A stretch of 64,000 nucleotides of DNA from Lingula anatina (GCA_051362555.1 CM120641.1:16988001-17052000), one strand, 5' to 3'; counted from the stretch's first letter, positions 1 to 12,856 are shown. Program-made: numbers and translations. Notes: generated by a model not told the origin, from the sequence alone.

Positions 1-331
1 TTAAAATGGATTGTGATTAAATTTGCAATAAGTCTTTAGAATGCTATTACAAACGGTTATTTTAATGAATAAATTATATTATGAAAACTTCACTGGAGAC
101 CTTTGTTGATTCACAAACACAAAACTAATGATTTAAATTTATTTATACTATTTCAAGTACTTTTGCAGTGCCCACAGTTTTGTCATGCGTTTGTATTAAT
201 GCATTTTTTAGTCATTAACTGAACATATCCTTGTCCTTCTCTTTAAGCATATTTAAAGGAATCACTTCCATAAAGTCATTGTTTTATATGCTCTGAAACT
301 TGGTTTATAACTTCTTTCACTGCACTCCTAG

Positions 332-1259
332 GTTTAACTGTATAATTTGCTGGAATCCAAAGTTACGTATGGTATATGGCAGTTGTCAACATAGAGTATG
401 TGAAGAGTGCCTTTACAATGAAGTTGGGAAAAGAAGAAGAGGTCTTTCAAGATGTCCAACCTGTCAGAGGGAAGATGCATTTCCAGTTGACAGGTGAATA
501 ATGTCTTTGAACAAGGAATTTGTTGTATGCCTTTCTTGTGGGATTTATGTAGGAAAATTGGATTATGTTTTGATATGCAATCCAATTTAGCTTAGGCTGA
601 AAATATGAAGCTTTTGGTTATAGAATGAAATGAAGATATTTCACTATATTAATCCATCTTTCCTTATTGTAGAAATATGTTGAGGAGATTCGGAGGCAAA
701 TAACTTCAGATTTGTATATTGATGATGTTGACATAAGTATGGTCTGTTGCTAGTTTGATGTTTGATATATTTTATGTTATGTACAGACCTGATATACCTG
801 AAGATAATGTGGAGATGCAAAAGAGATTAGGAGTTATACCTTGTCCAAACAGTGGGTGTGATATCCAGACATGGGAATGGGAACTTGAGGAACACTTAAG
901 GTAGGTAGAAATCTGGTACTTGGTATATTGATATGAAAGACCAGAACAGTTGAAAAAATAATGTATATAATTGAACAGCATATAACAGGAAGTTGTATAT
1001 GCATTTGAAGTATATTTATGAAGCAATTGAAATGTAAATGACCCTCACACAATTTGATTGTATTTCCAGTCATTGTCCTTTGGCGAAACAAAAAATCAAA
1101 TCCAAGCCAGAAAGAAAAAGTCAAGTTCATAGTACCAAAAGGAATGCAGACACCAAATCAAAAGCAGCCTTGAGCAGTCATTCTACACGGACAGTCAGAC
1201 ACAGACATTCTGTACGAGTAGCAAACAGAGAACGTGCTTTGCGGACTAGGAGACACTGA
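332..1259 (+). CDS. Small RING (C3HC4) + TRAF/SIAH-type zinc-finger protein with basic C-terminal tail; 5' exon(s) lie outside the window
   Basis: GT-AG exons 332-493, 787-900 and 1070-1259 splice in frame. They give CIIC...CQHRVCEEC...CPTC (RING), then CPNSGC...EEHLSHC (zinc finger), then a K/R-rich tail ending at TGA 1259. Confidence 0.8.
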
Positions 1260-3075
1260 TCATTATTATCGTTAGTAATATTACACACTAGAATGGCTTC
1301 ATTTCAAAGTGATATGTATTTATGTAGCAAGACTGCATCCAGTGTGTTCCCAGGTACAGGAACCACCACTGCATGTCACATGAATTGCCATAGGAACAGC
1401 ATTCTCCAGTAAGTTGGATTGTTTCTGGATACAACTTGACTACACTGACAGGGGAGAGCTTGTAGGTTTCAGGAGACTCCATTTCTGTTGGATAATGTGA
1501 TCTTAGGGGGATTTAAAGTTTAAGGAGACTTTGCTGATAATTCTACAGGGATGTTTCAAGTCGAAGGCATTGCTTGTTACAAAAAGATTACATATAGGCA
1601 CAAAATATCTAGCGACACAGCCAAAGTTGACTCGAGGATAGTTGTGTGAATTGTTGCTGCACACTTGTGCATTTGGTGCAGAAATATGTAGATATTTATT
1701 CTAAGTGCAATTAAAAGAAAATACCTGGCATTTCAATTTTTTGATGCTGGTTTTATGCAATCCTAAAATGTTCCGTATGTAATTGAGCTAAGTTTGTCTA
1801 CTTTATTTTGTACAAAATCTAAACTAAGGAAGATAAACCTTTTTTTTCTGCATTGTTTCCATATTTTATTATTACACCAAGTTTTGCATTTCAGAGATTA
1901 GCATACCTATTCACCCAGCATACCGACCCTCACTTTTACTTCTCTCATTATATATCTTTCAAGTGTACCGTTTTTACACAGTACTGTCTTCCCACCCAGT
2001 TACAGAGAATATCTTTTGATGAAATGTGTCATTAATGTAAATTTTTTCATCTTTGTGTTAATGTGTAGTATATTTTTGGTGTCTTTTTTCAGTTGTTTTA
2101 CTTAATTTTGGGTGTGTAAATTCACCAGCTGCCTCTAGACAGCGTTATGGTACATTTCTTACCATATTACTATTATTATTATTTCAACAAGGGCAAGAGT
2201 AAGAGATATTTTTAATTCTAAAAAAAGTATGAGAATCTGAATTCAATTACATGATTTAATAAGTAACTTAATCTGGGAATAAGAATGTTCTTCCTTTTGC
2301 AAAATTTTAGAATATTTTGGAGAAAAAAGTTATACTGAGAAGAGAAATAATCTCAAGGTTAATTTTAGATACATATGTGGAATGGGTAATGATACATCTT
2401 TATTAACATGATACATCTGCATTTATCACATTTTCAAAAGTTAAATGCTTAGTACTTGAAAATGCAACATTAGATAGCAACACGCAGAATGCACTGATCC
2501 TAATATCCAACATCACAAACATGACAGGTAAGAAAATTGCATACATGTATTTCTAATCTGTTCATAGAAGTCTACTAAATGATTTGAACACAATTTCATG
2601 TAAATTATACCAAGCAGATAAATGCAGCAAAAATATAAGTTGCTGTGGTTAAGCCCAGCCACCATCTACAAAAAAGCATATACCAGGTATGGAACTTGAG
2701 TCCATTAACTACTTTTTGAAATGTTTTCCACATCTTTAGAGAGGAGACAAAATGCTTCTCCAAATACTACATACATGTTCCTCAATAACCTACACATTGC
2801 ATTCTGAAACGCCAATTTCTGGAAACTATAATTCATATGGCCGTCAAACTGGCTCTAAATTAAAGAAGTTCGTTGTGATCTACAGCTGACAATACTGAAG
2901 ACGTTTACTCTGGAAGAGTGAACCTTCCTCACATATTATGTAAATGAAACATTTTAAAACGATATCCCAGCTCTTCTGATTACATGAAAAATCGATAATA
3001 TTTCACAGCTTTTGAGTGTACATGTATCAAGTTTATATAAGACATCTACAGTTTAGACCCAAGTTCCAAATACCC

Positions 3076-6000
3076 TCATGGTTTTAGAGCATCCTTGGCA
3101 GACTGAGGTATTTTATCCAGGTACCACTGGTGATCTACAGAAAATGTGGCCAGCACTCCTGCAGTGTTCTTATGCTGTACCTCCTTATGGTACTGAAGTT
3201 TACTGCCATGAATGTCTGTCAGCTTGCCTCCTATTGCTGTAAGGATTGCCTCAGGGGCACATGTATCCCATTTCTTGCATCCTGGACTTGCAAAGACGTA
3301 TGCATGAACTTCACCTTCAATGAGCAGCAACACCTACGAAAGGAAAGCCAGAATTGGAAGTTTTGTACAGGGTGTTTCAATATACATGGGACCCATTGTT
3401 ATGATAATGATTTAGTACTGAGAATAACTATGCTATTTTTGCTATACCAAAAGCTGAGTGTGTCAGGGTGATTGACAACTTCGGTTGTCAGTGTGCTGTC
3501 GGCGAAATTTTGGTCATTTAGATCACCTGCTGTAAAAATGCATCATTTGAGCTTGAGACACCAATGTACTTTTTATGTACAGACACAGATGTGTCTGTAC
3601 ATATAGCCGTCACCTGCGTCTGTCGTCGCCGTTGCCGTTGGCGTGCACTTTTACCGTAACCACGATAAGTGGAAAACGGTTTTACGTTTTGACTTGAAAC
3701 TTACAGAACTGATGAATATTCATAATATTCAGGTCAAGTTCGAAAATCAGCATGATCGGGCCATTTTTAGGGAAGTTATGCTGTTTTTTTCACTCTTTTC
3801 AGCATATATGCAACACCGTAAACACGTTAAGTGGAAAACGGTTTTACGTTTTGACTTGAAACTTACAGAACTGATGAATATTCATAATATTCAGGTCAAG
3901 TTCGAAAATCAGCATGATCGGGCCATTTATAGGGAAGTTATGCTGTTTTTTCACTTTTTTCAGCATATATGCAACACCGTAAACACGATAAGTGGAAAAC
4001 CGTTTTTCCTTTTGGTTTGAAACTTACAGAACTGATGAATTTGTATAAAACGCAGGTCAAGTTCGAAAATCAGCATGATTGGGTCATTTTTAGGGAAGTT
4101 ATGCTTTTTTTCACATTTTCTCTGATTCAATTCTTAGGCATGTTAATAGTCTCATTATTGAACTAATAAGATATGTAAAAGTGTTTTTTTGACATTTCCT
4201 GCATCTTTACAACATTGTTAGTTGATTATGTAAAAATGATGGTAAACTTGTTATCGTGTATTGTGTAATGAAGTGTCAAAAATGGAAATGAACACATATC
4301 ATTGCAGTTTGTCAGATTCAATCATCCACTATGTTCAGAATCTCAGAATGGAGGAAATTGGACATTTAATACTGTTCTATTGATATTTTTCCCATCTCAT
4401 CAATTTTCTTAGTTGGTCATATAAAAATGGCAGTAAACTGTTAATTTTGTTTTATGTTAAAAAAGTGTTAAAAATGGAAATAAACCCATTTCAGAAAAGT
4501 GCTGTCTTGTTTACATTTTGGCATTTTCAAGATGTGACTTCGAAGTTCCATGGGCCTGAAGACCTTTGCTAGTCACATTTTCTGAATATCCATGATACTA
4601 CTATTTTATTATTAAAAACTGGTGGTCATTATGCTGTTAACCATTATGTAATATTGCATCAAAATTTGAAGAAACCCCTATTTTGGGCACTGCTCCCATG
4701 ATGACCATTTAAGGAAAATCATGTCACTTACTGTTCTCAAACTTACAGGAAAGAAACATGGGACTAAAATACAGCTTCAGTAGGCAATGCAGTCTGTTTG
4801 GTAATTTTTTCTGGCAGTTAAACAGTTTTTTGTGAAAATTTAATTTTTCACATATTGGCATTTTCAAGGTGTGACTTTGAAGTTCTATGATCCTGAAGAC
4901 CTTTGCTTGTCACATTTTCTGAATGTCCATGTTACTAATATTCTATTATTAAAAATTGATGGTCATTATGCTGTTAAACATTATGTAATGTTATATTAAA
5001 ATTTGAAGAAACCCCTATTTTGGGCACTGCTCCCATGATGACCATTTAAGGAAAATCATGTCACTTACTGTTCTCAAACTTACAGGAAAGAAACATGGGA
5101 CTAAAATACAGCTTCAGTAGGCAATGCAGTCTGTTTGGTAATTTTTTCTGGCAGTTAAACAGTTTTTTGTGAAAATTTAATTTTTCACATATTGGCATTT
5201 TCAAGGTGTGACTTTGAAGTTCTATGATCCTGAAGACCTTTGCTTGTCACATTTTCTGAATGTCCATGTTACTAATATTCTATTATTAAAAATTGATGGT
5301 CATTATGCTGTTAAACATTATGTAATGTTACATTAAAATTTGAAGAAACCCCTATTTTGGGCACTGCTCCCATGATGACCATTTAAGGAAAATCATGTCA
5401 CTTACTGTTCTCAAACTTACAGGAAAGAAACATGGGACTAAAATACAGCTTCAGTAGGAAATGTAGTCTGTTTGGTAAATTTTTCTGGCAGTTAAACAGT
5501 TTTTTGTGAAAATTTAATTTTTCACATATTGGCATTTTCAAGGTGTGACTTAGAACCTCCACGGGCTTGAAGACCCATGCTAGTCACATTTTCTGAAAAT
5601 CCATGATACGTATATATTATTATTAAAAATTGATGGTCATTATGCTGTTAAGCATTATGTTATGTTGTATCAAAATAGAAGAAAACACAATTTTTGGTGC
5701 TGCTGCCATGATGACCATTATGGGAAAACCGTGTTACTTATGACTGTCAAACTTTCAAAAAAGAAACCCAGGACTAAAATGCAGCCTGAGTTGGAAAAGC
5801 AGTCTAATTGGCTTCTTTTTCTGGAAGTTATACATTTTAGTGAAAAATTCATTATTATCGTGTTGGCATATTCATTGTGGGACTCAGAGCTCCCATGGAC
5901 ATGAAGCCGAATAGTAATCAAATTTTCTAAATGCCCATGCTATTTATAGTCAATAATTAAAAATTGGTGATAATTATTATATAATTTATTATGTAATGTT

Positions 6001-6609
6001 ACATCAAAATTGACAAAAATCTTTTTGCACTGCTACTGCAAACATTATGAAAAGAAAACTGTGTTACTTATTATTATTTTTAACTTACAAGTATGATTTT
6101 TAGGATTGGCATGCAGTTCAAATTAGAAAGCCAGCTCAATTGGATTATCTTTTATCATTGTATTCATGCAATTTTGTGTGAAATTTTCATTTTTCTCATT
6201 CTGGCACTTTCAAAGTATAAACTTGAACTCTGATGGGCCTGAAGCCTTATGCTTTTACTTTCGTTGGTGTTACCTGTTGTGCATAATTAAAATTTGATGT
6301 TGACTGTGCAGTTAAACATAATGTATTATTGCATCAGTGTTGTGCATTATTGTTATGTGCTTTTCTTAAGATGTGACTTATGGGCCTGAAAGATCTTTGA
6401 GAGGGTCAGTCTGTAAATTTCCCTTGGGTATCACTTAGCTAAGTTCAGAGTTATAAAGTCATTAATAGGCCATTAAATGAGATTACATAAAGCACACTTG
6501 TTGATATTTCCCTGTAAACTCCCAAAGGTTAAGCTCTCTGCTAGATTAATAATAAGTAAGCAGTGATAATTATGCAGGTAAATTTTGTTTAATATTGCAA
6601 ATAAGTTTT

Positions 6610-6654
<45 letters not shown>

Positions 6655-9600
6655 GATTAAAAGTTTGAATGGCAGCATCATTGGAATTATATTTACCTCT
6701 GCCAAGGAGGTTATGTTTTCACCCCTGTTTGTCTGTCATCAACATAACTCAAAAAGTTACGGACCTATTTTGATGAAATTTTCAGGAACTGTCAGAAGTG
6801 GGCAAGGAGGACAATGATTAGTTTTTGGTGGTGGTCCAGATCAATAATCAATCAATAATAATCAACAATTGCTGTCTTGGCAGAGGTCTGTGCTCTTGGA
6901 GTGCTTTTCTAGTTTTGTTATGTTTTCCTTTTTAATTTTTTCTCAAACACTGGCATTTGTGACTTTTAACTCTCATCTGCCTGAGGCTCTGCACATTTTC
7001 TATATTTCCACATAAGCAGTTGTATTGTTTTTTATGTCTTTAAACATTATGTAATATTATTTTATGCACTGTCATCATTTTTCAAATATTGAGACTTTCA
7101 TCATGAGAATTTGAACTCTCATGGTCCTGAAACTGTAATCTTACTGAAGGGGTGGATTGAGACCATCTTCTGGGTCTTCCGGAAGACGGTCAGGTTATTA
7201 AGTTTATATTGACTGGTATCTATTTTTTTCTGTTGGAAGACCATAAAAATGGAGGATGGATCAACATAAATACTTTGGAATACTGTCAGAAAATATCTCT
7301 GGGTTCGCTCCTGTTATTGACCATGGTACCTGTTGTGCATGATTAAAATTCAGTGTTGACTGACAGTGCTATTATAAGCATTATTTGTTATTGCATCAAA
7401 ATTGACAAAATGACCTATTTTGCATCTTTATTTTCTGTTTTTTGTCTGTACATTTGACAGCTTTGCTGCCTTGTTTAAGTGTTATTATATCAGCTCTTGT
7501 CTAAGGGTGCATTCCCAGAGATTTAGATCGATGCAGAGATTTAGATCAACCTAACTCCCTGGAGGTTCACACTAAATTGCAGTCAGCTGAGCGCGCACCA
7601 TACTTAAATACCCCCTTATAGCTTTTAGTAGGCAGGACAGACGCTTAAGCCGGCTAAGCTGACAGAAATCTAGTGAGACTCCCCACAGGGATAGATCAGT
7701 CTAAAATCTATGGGAATGGGGTCTAAGTTTCTTGACTCAGTAAGTAGTAAATAATAATCATATTAATGGGGCCCATGCACATTGAGATGCCCTGTAGTTA
7801 GAACAGATGAATTCAAACATTTAGGTAAATTTTCATTCAGAGACTTTTATATTAGAGGTAACTACTAATTCAGCATCCCATTGCCCAAATTGCATTAGGA
7901 CCTGCAGATCAACAGAATCACAAAAGGCTATATTAAAACATGGGGACCATGATTTTCAGGCCATTAAACAGGCACTATAACATCATGTTCTTTCATTACT
8001 CGCCCAAGTTATGGCGGTTAACTTTGCATAAAAGCAAATTGCCTTAGCAGTACCATTACTGTATACCTTGTGGCCAGCACCTCCCACTCTTATCACTTCT
8101 GTTGGTTCACATGCATCCACAGAGTCTGTCACCACCTTATTAGAGTGGGACCTGGTGGTGGTTATGATGTTCTTGCCCTTCGGCGGTTGCTTCTGAGTGT
8201 AACCAAATGCACCTTAAAATCAAAATTGCAAGGTTAAAACTCTCCAATCACATAAAAATTCAAAACAAAATATTCGTAATTTGTAGTTGTCATTTTAGCA
8301 CTTACTTGTACTTGGCATTCACTTGTCATAAATATACTTCAAATTAATTTGTTGTAATTTATTGAATTTCAGTACTTATGTCTGTTGTTTATCATACCTA
8401 ATCCAACCATGCCCCATATCGTTCTTCCCAGTGTAGCTCCAGGCCCTGCCTTGTAGTTGTAGTAAGGTTGGTGAATTACACCTGCCACAGCCTTACCATT
8501 AACTGCTATACCAATCAACACAGTAACATGGTCCAGCAAACCTGACGTAAAAAGTACAACTTGGTTACCAAGCAGCAAGTATCAAACTTTGCTAAGTAAT
8601 GTTAGCATTTTAAAAGAGAAAAATACTTTAAAAATAACTGAGTACTGGAAACAACAGTTCACTGAAAACACTTTACATCTTCTTGTGCTACTCAAAGTAC
8701 GGTATATAAAAAACAAACAGAGCACAGCCCTGAATTAACTGCAAATGGGGTGCAGAGAGAAACAGTATAAAGCATTTATTCTGAAAGGCATAATTTGTGA
8801 TTAATAACCTTCATATGACTTGGAAAAGTCCTGCTAAAAACAAGTTGTTCAAATAGCTTGAGATCAAGTGATTTGGAGACTCACAATGATGCGAAAAGGT
8901 AAGATTACCTTGCAGAGTGGGACACATTTAGAAAATGTCTCGAATGAATGGCTGTCAATATTGCCATAAATACCATTAAAATTCAGTATCTTGTGCCAAA
9001 AAGTAATCTGTATGTCTCTAAGGACTTCAGGGACTGCTAGATAGTGAGTAGTGTTCATCATTACAGCTGTAATCAATAAAACCACTCCTGTTTTGGTGAA
9101 ATCAAAGATCAGTCTTTAACAGACTTCAAGACAGAAATGTCAGAATATTACAGGAAATGGAATATTACAGGAAATGGAATATCGCTTACACTTACAACCT
9201 TTCAATAACACAGGAAAATCAATAAGCACTTATTATCTTTATGTGAACACATTGACAAACACCATTTTAATCAATATCATGTTTCAGACTTTATATGGCT
9301 CCTAAGAGCTAAAACAGGAGAAAAGATGCAATTAGCAATGTGACTACAAGCGTTATTGTTGCTGCGTGAACAGTCCTTGTATGACCTTGTACTTATTCAC
9401 AAAAGCCAAAGATGAACACTTTTAGGTCACATGCTCTTTGGGTATCACTATGGCAATTTGAGGCATTTTGTTTCTGACAAGGTATAAAAGAGTCCGGTCA
9501 AATTGTGGGACACCATAATTTTTTTCACAAAGTATGAGAATCTGTAGCATAGATTAAATCATAGAGCAGCATGATGTGAAAAGATGTACTGGGACATATT

Positions 9601-12600
9601 GAAACTTACCTTGTGTATACTCTGCAGTTCCATCAAGTGGATCAACCCAAATAACAATCTGAAATATAATTTTAAATATATCATGAACTGACTGCTATTA
9701 ATTCTGATATTAATCCCTTCATCCTGCAGAAAAAAAATCCATTAATTGTCTGCTCCCTGAATCAATGGATCATCTATTTTGAGAAACCCATTCATTATTA
9801 TCAGGCTTGAAGCCAGAGACTGAAAATTGAAAAGGCAAACCACCATCTACTAGGAGTGATCCAGAACACCAACAAATATTTTAATACATCTTAAAGGGGG
9901 GTAACCCCCAAACTGAAAGCACACTGAGCACTAGTAGGTAGGCAAGTCCGAAAATTTTGTCTCTTTTATATACAGTGCACTCAGGATAATACATACACAG
10001 CAGATCTACATATTATCTTGTATTTCTTCATCCCAAATGTGCCCATAAAGTACACTCTAACTACCGAGCTATATCTTATGAGCAAATTTGGGAGCAAAAA
10101 AGCCAAGATATGTAGTTGTACATTTTATTTTCAGCATACCTTACAAACCAAAACAGACAATGCCAGGACTCACCTAGAAGTCCTACCTATTTAACATACT
10201 TCTTGTTGGGTGTTCACCCTCACTGATATTTTGAATTCTGAGACAAAAAACTGCTTTCTGTTCCTCAACCTAGGTACCTAGGTATTGTTAAGTAGATATT
10301 GTTAATATATTTAACTGTTTTGATGTAGACAGATAAATCTTGACAAATTTAAAAGCATACATCTTCATCCTTGACATCTTTCCATTCTTCTGGAAAATTT
10401 GATACATGCTTGAGGATATTTTCATCCAGACTTGTTTCAACCCAGTCTGGTTTGATATCTTCATTTGGGTCCGTTTCCTAGAAACAAAGACAACACAATC
10501 AGTAGAACACAGTGAACAACATGTGAGAAACTGTAGTGAGCCTTATTCTAATATATTCAACAATTTACGTGAACATCCGAATCCATAAATTAACACTACA
10601 GTTAAATCAATATCTTCCCCATAACAAATCACCATGATATGATAAATCTGTACTGCAACAATATTGAATGGCAATAACTTGAGAATAATTCTGTACAAAC
10701 AAATAAATATTTAAATCCACCATCCACTTCCAGCCAGTATTGTATATAAAAGACATTATTCCCTAACCCTTACCTCCTCTCCAATTATTGTAACATTTGG
10801 AAAGCTTTTAGAAAGGGAAGCAACGATGCATCTTTGAGCAGCTCTGTCAGCTTCTGTCTGAAGATCATTCCAGCCCTAGAAAAATCAACGATGCTCACTT
10901 TTATATAGTATACTTCTCGCCCAAAAGCTGTATAAATATTTTGTGAACCTGTTTTTGATGTTATATGTCTGCTTGTTTATAGAATAGTCCTTGCATTGTT
11001 CAATATAATTAGGTCAGTACAATTAGGTAACATATCATGAAACATATCATTCCCTTTTTCAGGTGATTAAACTAATCATCACTGACCATACAGACTGTCA
11101 CTTCTGTTTGCTTTTTGTGCTTCCATCTGGATAACATGAAAAACCTCTGTTCTGCCCATCCCAAGAAAAAATATCTTTAAAAAAGCTTGACAGAATAATA
11201 CTGATTATTATGGATAGATAATAACATGATCTTATCTATTTATTAATATTATGATTTGGGAAATTTGAAGTCTGATAAAACTCAACTTTCATGTATGTAG
11301 GCCTCTAATGTAATCACCATATATAATATTGTCCCATAATGTACCCTGGTAATCTGGATTTTACTGATCAGACTAAAGGAAACATAATATTAATCATAAA
11401 TCTTCTTGCTATTTTCAAAGGTCTTAAAAATTGTATCGACCATAGCCAGAGTTAATATATTGCCCTATTTGAAATATAGTGTCTGATCGGCATTTCATAG
11501 GGGTTTTTAAATCTACAAAGCTAAGTCATTCTGCATGCTCAAAACCAAGGTCAAAAAGGGGGTCTCAAACTTGATACGGGCTAACTGATACTGACGAAGC
11601 AGATTTGGGTTTATTCATCTCAGTGTCTGACATGCAGATACTTATAACACTAACGTAACACATGTAAACAAGTTAACTATCCCCCTCTTTACATAGGCAA
11701 AGGTGAAAAATGAGAAAAAGACCCCGATGTTAAAACGAACACAGAATGCGGAGTGATGTCTCCGATTTGCGACGAAAAACGGCAGTTTATTCGAGTTAAT
11801 ACATTTTAATGTTAAGTTAATACATTAATGGCACAATAAATGAACTCAGAAACTTTGGTCAAAGTTTAGTTTTACCTTCTTAACAACCCCAAGATCACCT
11901 TTCTCAAGCACGTCTCTAATAAGTCCACCCGATTTGTCAGCCACGGGGACAGAGGAGGCGAGGATTTTCAGCAAGAGGGGCACCCCTTCCATGTCTGACC
12001 TCCTTCTCTTCGCAACTGGGCTATCACCTGTCATCTTTTCATACAGATAAAGGACCAAACTATGGAATGCTAACATTATATCATTTGCTTATCTTTTCGT
12101 TATCTCTGAACTCGGGTACGAGCTACAGCTTCGATTACCTGTACACTTTCATGTTTACAAACCGAACTGCGCACGTCACCAAAATGCTGATCTTTGATTG
12201 GTCATCACAATGCACATTGTGTGCAAGTCGCTGCTGTCCTAACTGTAACCAGAGTAGTCACACAGACACACACACTCTTTCTTGCGCGCGAACTCACACA
12301 CACACACGCACACACACATGCACACACACACACCAAAACGTAAACTCCCTTTTTATTAATTGCCTTTGAAAAAAGATAAATAGCAGCTTAAAAATTGCAA
12401 ATGACACTGAAAAACCTAACATAACTTTTATTTACCAATTACTTTAAAGCTGAGGTCACATACTTTGTCAACAATCCCAAGTTTCCCATTCTCTGATACG
12501 GCACGCACAATACGACCAGCTCTGCTCACAGTAGTACCACAGGTAGCTAAAATACGCAGTATCTGTGGGTAGAATCCGACCGAGAGCCTTGACAATGCAC

Positions 12601-12610
12601 GTGTAAACAT
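3076..12610 (-). CDS. BPNT1: 3'(2'),5'-bisphosphate nucleotidase 1 (PAP phosphatase), inositol monophosphatase superfamily
   Basis: Exons (minus): 1a 12464-12610 or 1b 11876-12034, then 10774-10875, 10361-10477, 9610-9658, 8398-8541, 8067-8212, 3076-3333. All are GT-AG and phase-compatible. Motifs: [41 protein letters not shown]. Confidence 0.95.
3655..4115 (+). repeat. Tandem repeat, about 162-bp unit, about 2.8 copies
   Basis: CACGWTAAGTGGAAAAC recurs at 3661, 3823 and 3984. Confidence 0.9.
4515..6330 (+). repeat. Tandem repeat, about 337-bp unit, about 5.4 copies, degenerate at the edges
   Basis: A GGCATTTTCAAG-like anchor recurs at 4520, 4857, 5194, 5531, 5865 and 6203; the central copies are nearly identical. 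Confidence 0.9.
6692..6915 (+). mobile_element. Short second-family HINE/Helitron-like non-autonomous element nested in the large HINE
   Basis: subTIRs ACCTCTGCCAAG and CTTGGCAGAGGT, a GTTTGTCTGTC tract, and a 3' end GTGCTCTTGGAGTGCTTTTCTAG followed by a T-run. Confidence 0.65.
7505..7723 (+). mobile_element. PIF/Harbinger (Tourist-like) MITE, copy 1
   Basis: Ends GGGTGCATTCCCA...TGGGAATGGGGTC with TAA on both sides; homologous to 28747-28971 and 27469-27562. Confidence 0.75.
11876..12034 (-). CDS. BPNT1: BPNT1 alternative first exon 1b (NLS-like leader)
   Basis: [53 protein letters not shown] followed by a GTAAAA donor; 53 codons, phase 0. A second in-frame ATG lies at 11992. Confidence 0.8.
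12260..12332. repeat. Imperfect (CA)n microsatellite between BPNT1 exons 1a and 1b
   Basis: CACA runs read directly. Confidence 0.85.
12464..12610 (-). CDS. BPNT1: BPNT1 alternative first exon 1a (mitochondrial-presequence-like leader)
   Basis: [49 protein letters not shown] followed by a GTATGT donor; 49 codons, phase 0. Matches the BPNT1 N-terminal helix and GxLGIVxK motif. Confidence 0.8.
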
Positions 12611-12856
12611 GCCAGTTTCATTAACTGTTTTTAAAATACCATACTTGGCTTAGTAAAACAACAACGTTGATCAAATTATTAAAATAAAGGTAAAACAAAA
12701 CTGTTTGCACCTCAAGTTGTGTCGTAAAAGACAGTTTGGACGACAATCGTAAAACGGACATCGTAAGTGGGTACTAAAACCAGAAAAGTTGTGAGTTGGC
12801 TTGTCACAGTCGGCGTGTCACTCATTTTATAACGACATTTACTCATCACTCGAAAA
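12611..12856. promoter_or_regulatory. Probable bidirectional promoter and 5'UTRs shared by BPNT1 exon 1a and SCYL1
   Basis: Divergent ATGs at 12610 (-) and 12857 (+) are only 246 bp apart. Confidence 0.65.

Larger units (their letters stand above)
3570..7476 (+). mobile_element. HINE (Helentron-associated non-autonomous element, DINE-1/pearl-like) carrying internal tandem arrays
   Basis: 5' end: T-run, then a perfect hairpin ATGTACAGACACA-ga-TGTGTCTGTACAT (3575-3602), a CGT/GTC microsatellite-like tract and tandem core repeats. 3' end: subTIR TGTCTGTACAT (7443-7453), short palindrome CAGC-ttt-GCTG, then TTGTTT. Confidence 0.75.
3368..7794. mobile_element. Tc1/mariner-type MITE (about 0.3 kb when empty) split by later insertions
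   Basis: Left end TA|CAGGGTGTTTCAATATACATGGGACCCATT and right end AATGGGGCCCATGCACATTGAGATGCCCTG|TA are imperfect inverted repeats with TA flanks. Confidence 0.7.

Noticed and set aside
3643-4166. ORFs with internally repeated peptide (125 aa and 65 aa)
   Set aside because: They are translations of the 162-bp tandem repeat inside a HINE; the 162-bp unit keeps the frame open.
3655-6330. Regular repeats as a CRISPR-like array
   Set aside because: The units are contiguous tandem copies with no unique spacers, the context is eukaryotic, and no cas genes are present.
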